Assembly (NCBI GenBank): GCA_965649825.1
Contig: OZ287700.1
Location: forward strand, 372,001-436,000
DNA from: Penicillus capitatus
Taxonomy: Eukaryota > Plantae > Chlorophyta
Reading direction: 5' to 3'
DNA length: 64,000 bases
Positions 8,846 through 17,900 of this stretch are shown piece by piece (positions within the stretch are counted from its first letter, which is position 1; the number at the start of each line of letters is the position of its first letter). Both the position numbers and the translations under genes were made by a program. A model generated the notes under the pieces. The model was given only the letters and a program-made list of their open reading frames with translations. It had not been told where the DNA came from and searched no databases.

Positions 8846-11619
8846 CTGCGCCAGGTCAAGGCGCTCCGCCTGGCGTGATGCTACGGGTTGACAGACAGCT
8901 GGTCAAGGGGTCTGAACCTAGTATCTCACAATCATCGTTTATTCTAAAATTGGGAAGGACAGTTTTTCTTACTCCCCTTGAGAGTAGACTTGTAGTTTTA
9001 CCGGTCAGTGTTCACGGGGAAGGGTTGTCTGGTTTGTTTTCTTGCTGTTTTATTCGAGATATCTCGGCCTCTCCGATACTGGGAAAGGGAGGTCGCATAA
9101 CAATCCGGATACATAATTTCTCTGACCGACTAATCACTTTATCGCCGAAGTTAAAGATCGTGCGTGGGGTTTTCTCCGGCACAGGACGATTAAATCACGA
9201 TCTTTCTTTAGTTTCACAACTTCAGTCTGATATTCCAAAGGCATCTGAGCGCCCAGATGTTCTTAAGGAACCTTTCTCCTCAACTTTTTCGACTTGGCTT
9301 TCCCTTTTTCCTTCTTTGTTTGCCAATAATATTGCTGATTACGGTGGTTCACATATCCTACAAACATTGGAGGTCAGGGCCGATGAACTACAATGGCGAG
9401 CACCGATTCCTTTTTCTGATTCGGGATCTCCTCCCTGCATGACCGATTGCTCAATAGAAGCAGCTCGCTCGGAGATCCAATCGCTCCTCACACGAGGAAT
9501 CATTCGAGAGCTGGCTTACTCTGATCGCGGGTTTTTCTCTCCGGTAATTTTCCTGAAAAACCCAGATGGCCGTGTTCGCCTTGTCATAGATTTTCAAAAA
9601 CTGAATCGCTATTCGGAAGTTTGGAACACACATACCCTCGATACCCGCAATGCTGTTCGCAACATTGATCCTTCCTGGCGTTTCTTTACTGTCTTGGACC
9701 TCCGCGATGGTTATTTTCACATCCCAGTGGATTCTTCCCTTAGCGCTTTGTTCTGTTTTTCCTGTTTTGGTCGCCGATTTCAGTTTGTTACTCTCCCTCA
9801 GGGTTGGGCATCGAGTGCCGGGTTTTTCAATGACCGTGTACGCCGCATTTTAGGGGCCACTTCTGCATGCACATACTTTGACGACATTATAGTCGGGGGA
9901 CGAGATCGTAAAACGCACGATCGCAACCTCCACACTGTCCTATCCGTTTTACAAGATGCCGGGATGCACATCAATCCCCAGAAGATTCAGTTTCGTCGTC
10001 CATCGGTGAAGTATTTGGGTTTTTCTGTTTCAGGCGATTCTTATCACCAACGGGCATATATCTCTTCTCAGCTCGCTCAATTACCTGCTGTTACATCAAA
10101 AAAAGGCCTGCAGCGTATTCTGGGGATTTTCACCGCTTGTCGCGGCACTTGTCCTGGACTTGGTCTCGCTATTGCCCCCCTCTATGCTTTCCTCGGTGCC
10201 TCAGTACGCGAGGTGGATTGGTCTTCCGTTCAAGACCTTATTCGATCGGTCGCCGCGGTTCTTCTTCGAAACTCCCTAAGTTTTTTACGCTGTGTCGACT
10301 CACCGGTTTTTCACCTGGAAGTGGACTGGTCCGGTGCCGGTGCAGGCTACCTCTTGTATGCCGGTCATCGTTCTGAACGCCGTCTTCTCGCTACAAATTG
10401 TCGAACGTTGCGTGGGTTTCCAGTCAGTTCCTTTCTTGGAGAGCTTGACGCCATCGTTTGGTGTCTTCAAGATACTATGGCTCTCACAGCCGGTTGTCCG
10501 GTACATGTACACACGGATTCGCTTTCTGCTTTACAAAAACTATCCGCTTGTGACGTATGGTATAAGTCCCGTTCTGATCTCCGCATCGGGCGCCGTCTCG
10601 GCTGGCTCTGGGCTAATTTCCCCCCGAAATCTCGCCTTTTTCTGCATTTCCTGCCTTCCTCCGATAATTATCTCGCTGATTGTCTGTCACGCTGGCCCAC
10701 ATTAGCGCAACGGAAGGAAGTAGACCTGAATGTTGTCAAGAGTGGAAGCGAAAGTATGGAACACTTAAGAAGGATTTCGAAAGCACATGAGGGGCATTGG
10801 GGTGTGCGCAAGACACTCCTAAATTTGAAAAGAGATGGAGGCCCTCTTTGGATAGGAATGGAAAAAGATGTGAGCAGATTCGTCGAAGACTGCTGGGAGT
10901 GTCAGTTGTGGGGCTCGGTACAACACAGGGTGGACTTCGGAATAACGAAGGCAGATAAATTTGGAGACGCAGTAGGGATAGACTTTGCCGGGCCTTTGCC
11001 AACGGAAGATTCTGAACAACCACGTTTTATTCTACTCATGGTAGATTACCTTTCCCGATGGGTTGAGGCATGGGCATGCCTGAGACCAAACAGCGAAGCG
11101 GCAGTCAAAGCTTTAAAAAAGTGGAAACAAAAGAACGGCGAAATTCGCATGCTGGTGTCGGATAATGCACAGACCTGGCACTCCAGGGATGTAAGCCGAT
11201 GGTGCGCGGAAAATGGAGTGACTCAGAGACTCACAGCGAGCTACATGCCGAAGTCAAATGGCATGTGCGAGAGACAGATCGGGATACTGAAGGGGAGATT
11301 GAAAAGGATGGCTGCTAAGCCGTGTGACTGGAGAAGACTTCTCCCAAAGGCTGTGCGAATCATGAACCATTCTGTCAATGAGACAACGTTACACAGCGCT
11401 ACAGAGCTGAAAGACGGTATTGCGCGAGATGGAAAGAGAGTAGTCAAAGGAGTCCAGGAGAAGTGGATCGCTGAGGCACTGGAGAGAACAAGAAGACAAC
11501 AGTGGCATTCAAACGAGGTCAGAAGGAGGAAATATGGCAGCAGAAGACAGCTTCGGATTGGAGATCACGTTCTAAAGCCAAGAGCCAACGCAGATGCGGG
11601 AACCTTTCTTCCACCGTGA
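8788..11619 (+). CDS. pol: Pol of element 1: dUTPase-like spacer, RT, RNase H, integrase
   Basis: RT LDLRDGYFHI, LPQG, YFDD; RNase H EVDWS/ELDA/HTDS/NYLADCLSR; integrase AHEGHWG...CWEC, GIDFAG, LVSDNA, NGMCER. The frame continues after the TGA at 11617 to 11805. Confidence 0.95.
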   Translation: MFVGRGWTCRLLPLCFVKLAAPGQGAPPGVMLRVDRQLVKGSEPSISQSSFILKLGRTVFLTPLESRLVVLPVSVHGEGLSGLFSCCFIRDISASPILGKGGRITIRIHNFSDRLITLSPKLKIVRGVFSGTGRLNHDLSLVSQLQSDIPKASERPDVLKEPFSSTFSTWLSLFPSLFANNIADYGGSHILQTLEVRADELQWRAPIPFSDSGSPPCMTDCSIEAARSEIQSLLTRGIIRELAYSDRGFFSPVIFLKNPDGRVRLVIDFQKLNRYSEVWNTHTLDTRNAVRNIDPSWRFFTVLDLRDGYFHIPVDSSLSALFCFSCFGRRFQFVTLPQGWASSAGFFNDRVRRILGATSACTYFDDIIVGGRDRKTHDRNLHTVLSVLQDAGMHINPQKIQFRRPSVKYLGFSVSGDSYHQRAYISSQLAQLPAVTSKKGLQRILGIFTACRGTCPGLGLAIAPLYAFLGASVREVDWSSVQDLIRSVAAVLLRNSLSFLRCVDSPVFHLEVDWSGAGAGYLLYAGHRSERRLLATNCRTLRGFPVSSFLGELDAIVWCLQDTMALTAGCPVHVHTDSLSALQKLSACDVWYKSRSDLRIGRRLGWLWANFPPKSRLFLHFLPSSDNYLADCLSRWPTLAQRKEVDLNVVKSGSESMEHLRRISKAHEGHWGVRKTLLNLKRDGGPLWIGMEKDVSRFVEDCWECQLWGSVQHRVDFGITKADKFGDAVGIDFAGPLPTEDSEQPRFILLMVDYLSRWVEAWACLRPNSEAAVKALKKWKQKNGEIRMLVSDNAQTWHSRDVSRWCAENGVTQRLTASYMPKSNGMCERQIGILKGRLKRMAAKPCDWRRLLPKAVRIMNHSVNETTLHSATELKDGIARDGKRVVKGVQEKWIAEALERTRRQQWHSNEVRRRKYGSRRQLRIGDHVLKPRANADAGTFLPP

Positions 11620-11760
11620 GATAATGAACCGTGTACTGTGATGGAGCCAATTGGTACACGCATGTGGTTGATCAAGGGGATGTTGAGCGGAAGAATATAT
11701 AAGACACATGATGATCAATTAAGGCAGATTCCACAGATGACCACAGCGCAGCTGGAAGCG

Positions 11761-11902
11761 TGTAGAAAGCGGATATCGGTCGAAAGGGACGAGGTCACAT
11801 CATGAGTTTAAATGGTGATGCGTGAACCACTGTTGTAGCACTTTCGACAGACGCTAAGATCTTTTGTAAGACGAACTCGTTTCTGCTTACGGACGTTTAA
11901 CA
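11761..11902 (+). repeat. 3' LTR of element 1
   Basis: Identical to 7108-7249 and followed by TSD ATGAC. Confidence 0.97.
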
Positions 11903-11929
11903 ATGACAGACAAGACAACATGCCACATT

Positions 11930-14900
11930 CTAATTGTCACCGAGACGTTCAAGCATTTCGTCCGCTCCTCTCAAGTAAGGCAAAGCTTCATTGCCCCTTC
12001 CAATTCCGACCAAACAGTTCGCATAGTTTCTAATGCAACGTTCGATGTCCGGATGGTCCGCGTCGCCGTAAAGGCGCTCACACATCTCCAGAGCCCGCTT
12101 GAAGAGCGGCAATGCTTCGTTGATTCTTCCCGCAACTTTTAGCACATGAGCATAGTTATTGACGCAACGGAAGACGTCCGGGTGGTCCGCGTCGCCGTAA
12201 AGGCGCTCACACATCTCCAGAGCCCGCTTGAAGAGCGGCAATGCTTCGTTGATTCTTCCCGCATCTTTTAGCACTTCAGCATAGTTCCCGATGGACAAAA
12301 CGAGGGACGGATGGTCCGCGCCGCCGTAAAGGCGTTCACACATATCCAGAGATTGCTTGAAGAGCGGCAATGCTTCGTTGTTTCTATCCGCAACTTTTAG
12401 CACATGAGCATAGTTATTGACGCAACGGAAGACGTCCGGGTGGTCCGCGTCGCCGTAAAGGCGCTCACACATCTCCAGAGATTGCTTGAAGAGCGGCAAT
12501 GCTTCGTTGATTCTTCCCGCATCTTTTAGCACGTCAGCATAGTTCCCGATGGACAAAACGAGGGACGGATGGTCCGCGCCGCCGTAAAGGCGTTCACACA
12601 TCTCTAGAGATTGCTTGAAGAGCGGCAATGCTTCGTTGATTCTACCCGCAACTTTTAGCACATGAGCATAGTTATTGACGCAACGGAAGACGTCCGGGTG
12701 GTCCGCGTCGCCGTAAAGGCGCTCACACATCTCCAGAGCCCGCTTGAAGAGCGGCAATGCTTCGTTGATTCTTCCCGCATCTTTTAGCACTTCAGCATAG
12801 TTCCCGATGGACAAAACGAGGGACGGATGGTCCGCGTCGCCGTAAAGGCGTTCACACATCTCCAGAGATTGCTTGAAGAGCGGCAATGCTTCGTTGATTC
12901 TTCCCGCAACTTTTAGCACATGAGCATAGTTATTGACGCAACGGAAGACGTCCGGGTGGTCCGCGTCGCCGTAAAGGCGCTCACACATCTCCAGAGCCCG
13001 CTTGAAGAGCGGCAATGCTTCGTTGTTTCTACCCGCATCTTTTAGCACTTCAGCAATGTTCCCGATAGACAAAACGAGGTCCGGATGGTCCGCGTCGCCG
13101 TAAAGGCGTTCACACATCTCCAGAGCCCGCTTGAAGAGCGGCAATGCTTCGTTGTTTCTACCTGCAACTTTATGCCCAAGGGCATAGTTATTGACGCAAC
13201 GTAAAACGTCCGGGTGGTCCGCGTCGCCGTAAAGGCGTTCACACATCTCCAGAGATTGCTTGAAGAGCGGCAATGCTTCGTTGATTCTTCCCGCATCTTT
13301 TAGCACGTCAGCATAGTTCCCGATGGACAAAACGAGGGACGGATGGTCCGCGCCGCCGTAAAGGCGTTCACACATATCCAGAGATTGCTTGAAGAGCGGC
13401 AATGCTTCGTTATTTCTACCCGCAACTTTATGCCCAAGGGCATAGTTATTGACGCAACGGAAGACGTCCGGGTGGTCCGCGTCGCCGTAAAGGCGCTCAC
13501 ACATCTCCAGAGCCCGCTTGTAGAACGGCAATGCTTCGTTGATTCTTCCCGCATCTTTTAGCACTTCAGCATAGTTCCCGATGGACAAAACGAGGGACGG
13601 ATGGTCCGCGCCGCCGTAAAGGCGTTCACACATCTCCAGAGCCCGCTTGTAGAGCGGCAATGCTTCGTTGATTCTTCCCGCAACTTTTAGCACATGAGCA
13701 TAGTTATTGACGCAACGGAAGACGTCCGGGTGGTCCGCGTCGCCGTAAAGGCGCTCACACATCTCCAGAGCCCGCTTGTAGCGCGGCAATGCTTCGTCGA
13801 TTCTTCCCGCATCTTTTAGCACTTCAGCATAGTTCCCGATGGACAAAACGAGGGACGGATGGTCCGCGCCGCCGTAAAGGCGTTCACACATCTCCAGAGA
13901 TTGCTTGAAGAGCGGCAATGCTTCGTTGATTCTTCCCGCAACTTTTAGCACATGAGCATAGTTATTGACGCAACGGAAGACGTCCGGGTGGTCCGCGTCG
14001 CCGTAAAGGCGCTCACACATCTCCAGAGCCCGCTTGTAGAGCGGCAATGCTTCGTCGATTCTTCCCGCATCTTTTAGCACTTCAGCATAGTTCCCGATAG
14101 ACAAAACGAGGGACGGGTGGTCCGCACCGCCGTAAAGGCGCTCACACATCTCCAGAGCCCGCTTGAAGAGCGGCAATGCTTCGTTGTTTCTACCCGCAAC
14201 GTTATGCCCAGCGGCATAGTTATTGACGCAACGTAAAACGTCCGGGTGGTCCGCACCGCCGTAAAGGCGTTCACACATCTCCAGAGCCCGCTTGAAGAGC
14301 GGCAATGCTTCGTTGTTTCCACCCGCATCTTTTAGCACTTCAGCAATGTTCCCGATAGACAAAACGAGGTCCGGATGGTCCGCGTCGCCGTAAAGGCGTT
14401 CACACATCTCCAGAGCCCGCTTGAAGAGCGGCAATGCTTCGTTATTTCTACCCGCAACTTTATGCCCAAGGGCATAGTTATTGACGCAACGTAAAACGTC
14501 CGGGTGGTCCGCGTCGCCGTAAAGGCGCTCACACATCTCCAGAGCCCGCTTGAAGAGCGGCAATGCTTCGTTGTTTCTACCCGCATCTTTTAGCACTTCA
14601 GCAATGTTCCCGATAGACAAAACGAGGTCCGGATGGTCCGCGTCGCCGTAAAGGCGTTCACACATCTCCAGAGCCCGCTTGAAGAGCGGCAATGCTTCGT
14701 TGTTTCTACCTGCAACTTTATGCCCAAGGGCATAGTTATTGACGCAACGTAAAACGTCCGGGTAGTCCGCGTCGCCGTAAAGGCGTTCACACATCTCCAG
14801 AGCCCGCTTGAAGAGCGGCAATGCTTCGTTATTTCTACCCGCAACTTTATGCCCAGCGGCATAGTTATTGACGCAACGTAAAACGTCCGGGTGGTCCGCA

Positions 14901-17900
14901 CCGCCGTAAAGGCGCTCACACATCTCCAGAGCCCGCTTGTAGAACGGCAATGCTTCGTTGATTCTTCCCGCATCTTTTAGCACTTCAGCATAGTTCCCGA
15001 TGGACAAAACGAGGGACGGATGGTCCGCGCCGCCGTAAAGGCGTTCACACATCTCCAGAGCCCGCTTGTAGAGCGGCAATGCTTCGTTGATTCTTCCCGC
15101 AACCTTATGTCCAAGGGCATAGTTATTGACGCAACGTAAAACGTCCGGGTGGTCCGCGTCGCCGTAAAGGCGTTCACACATCTCCAGAGCCCGCTTGAAG
15201 AGCGGCAATGCTTCGTTGTTTCTACCCGCATCTGTTAGCAATCCAGCATAGTTCCCGATGGACATAGCGAGGTCCGGATGGTCCGCACCGCCGAAAAGGC
15301 GCTCACACATTTTGAGGGCTCTGTGAGCATACGATATAGATTCTCGGAACATGCACATCTCTTTGTAGGCCTCTGACATATGTTCGAGTAACTTGAGTTC
15401 TGTGCGATGTTCCTTGCAGTTTTCGCAGCTTTCTTGGAGCGGCAACCCGTTTCGTGCGAGCGATGTCCACAGTTCTCGGTTTGAACGGTCGGTTCTCCAC
15501 TCGCCGATGTATCGGCTGATTGAATCCACTATGATGTCGACGTGATCTCTAATTGTATTCCTTTTTTGTTCTTCGGATTGTTGAGTCTGGCTGGAACTGC
15601 TTTCATCGATGTTGATGAGGAGCTGTTTGACTAGGAGTTGCGTCTCTGCGTGCATGTGGATCTGGTTCGTTTTTTTGTCCCACGAGACATGAGAGAAACG
15701 CTCAAGGAGCTTTATGGAGTTTTCCGTCTTTGTCCGCGATGGCTCATCCTCGAGTTCGTGCCACTTGTACACCCAATCGACGGGCACTCCGTTTGGATCG
15801 AGAAGAGCCAGCTTGGCGAGGAGATCGAGCGAGCGCGGGCCCAAGTCGTTGGGTTCTTTCGAGATCTTTCGCACGCTCGAGTTGAATACGAAGACCATTC
15901 CAGTTGCGACTTCGCCGCTTCGCGTCGCGGAGAGCTTTGCTATCGTTTCGGCTTCCTGCGGTGTGAGTTTGTACCGCAGCATACGTTGCACCCATTCGCC
16001 GGGTTTCCAAACATCTTCGTCCCTCATCACGGAGAAGAACTGCGCGAGGGCCAGCGGAGTGCGAGGCAGCAGATCCATCAAATCGTCCAGATCCTTCGAC
16101 CGCAGTGACTTGGCACACTCAAATTTCTTCGCTAGAATCAGCGCTTCGACTTCGTCGAGCGGCTCGAGTCGAATCGCGCTGCTCTCCCACTCACTCGCTC
16201 CGCACTCTCTCGTCGTGACGATGACGTGTGCCCCTGCCGACGGAACGTACTCGCGAATCAGCTCGAGGTTCGGTGCGTCGTCGAAGACGTACAGACAGCG
16301 CGATCTTCCGAGCTTCTGTTGAACGCGTTTGACCAGCTCTGGCGTGTCGTCGTCCGTGGGAATTTGCAAATATTCCGCGATCTGCAAGAACGCGGCAGTA
16401 ATGCTCTCCCTCGAACCTGAAGGAATCCAGAACTCGTCGTCGTAGCTGTGTTTGCTCCTGAAATGATCGAACGCCTTTATCGCGAGCTGAGTCTTTCCGA
16501 TGCCGCCCGGGCCTGCGACGACCTTCGCGACAACGGACTCGGCGCTTGCTGTGAATGCTTCGACGATTTCGCTCAGTTCGTCCTTTCTCCCGGCGAAGTA
16601 GCGGACAATGTCAGGCGAAGCCAAAGAGTGTTTCTTCTTCGTCTGCAGGCGATCTTCGGTCGTCGGTGCAGACAGTTCGTCTTCGAGGCCCTTCCACACT
16701 CGAAGAAACAGTTCGTTGCCGGATGTCTTGTCTTCGCCGGACGAGACCAAATCGATCTCTTCCTCCTCTTTCTTCTCCCTCCCCCAGTCGGACTGCGCTT
16801 CTTCGCATGCCGGGTTATGCACATTCGATATCAGTTTATCCATGGCGTCGTGCGATGCACGCTTTTCGTGCTCGTGACCTCGAGCGCATAACTCCGCAAG
16901 GTTGCCGAGAAGCTCCGAGCAGAGATCGGGGTCGCTGGACCAGTCCCACTCGTCAGTGCGCTCGACGAGGCTTGCTAGAGTCTCGGCGCTCGCTCTGCGG
17001 ACATCTCCGTCCTTCGCGTGGATGGAGAGCATGGTCAACATTTCCACCACGCCGAACCTCAGAGCCTTGCAGTGTTCGGAGTCGGACGCCCTTCCTTCGA
17101 CCACGAGAGAGGACAGCATCTCGCTGAACACTTCGAAAGCGGACGGATCTTCCATGGCCGCGAAGTGCGCGGTGTTGAGCGCATGGAGGCACGAGAGCCA
17201 GTGATCCTCCCAAACGACTTCGCCGCGCCTCGCTTGATGCATCGCTTGCACCATCGCTTGTAGCCGGACCTGTTGCAGCGCCCTCGCCACGGACTCCGCA
17301 TTCCCGAGATCGAAATCTAGATGCACCGCTTTTCGCACCGCTTGATGGATGCCCGCCGTGCCGTAGAGGAGCCCGACAACGCGTTTTGCGTTACTCGCAT
17401 TGTGGGCGCCACGCTTGGAGAACTTAGAAGATGTCAAGCTGTGCCGAACCAGCATCGCTTCGTACTTCATCGGGTAGTACCTCGCGACGTCGATCACCTT
17501 CCGACAACAGTCCTCGAACTTGGCGTGCAATCCTTCAGGATCGTCCGGATCCAAATCGTCCAATCCGACGTCGCCAAGGATCCTTAAGCACTCGTGCACA
17601 GCGTGCAGGGCGCTGCATTGTGCGGGAAACGTCTTTCTCGAGAAGCTCGCCTTTTCTGGATCGAGCTCATCTAGTAGGAAGTTGGCGAGCCGAACAAGAC
17701 AGCCCGGATCGTCCTCGAAGAGCTCGGCTTCGACAGTCTGAAGCGTGAGTTCAATCGCCTCCGTGAGATATCTGTTGTTGGGAGCGTCGGCACACAGCTT
17801 GTCGCGGACGCTGCCGAAGAAGTCTTTGAGGAGAGGCACGTGTTCGCGGTCAGCGCTGTCGAGGCCGCACAGAGCAAGACACTCACGGACCACCGCCCCT

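Larger units (their letters stand above)
7108..11902 (+). mobile_element. Ty3/Gypsy LTR retrotransposon 1, full length (4795 bp)
   Basis: Identical 142-bp TG...CA LTRs (7108-7249, 11761-11902), 5-bp TSD ATGAC (7103-7107, 11903-11907), PBS-like 7250-7262, and gag-PR-RT-RH-IN order. Confidence 0.97.

Noticed and set aside
11617-11619. TGA=Trp or another non-standard nuclear genetic code
   Set aside because: Host genes end normally in TGA, TAA and TAG (e.g. HST TGA, NLR TAG/TAA) and use TGG for Trp. This is a single site in a transposon.
13042-15231. Repeated 84-aa ORFs (MRVETTKHCRSS...) and similar ORFs at 49716-52247
   Set aside because: Alternative-frame shadows of the TPR array.
11933-15292. 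129-bp arrays (also 49214-53089) as CRISPR or satellite DNA
   Set aside because: They are in-frame coding repeats of a TPR domain.
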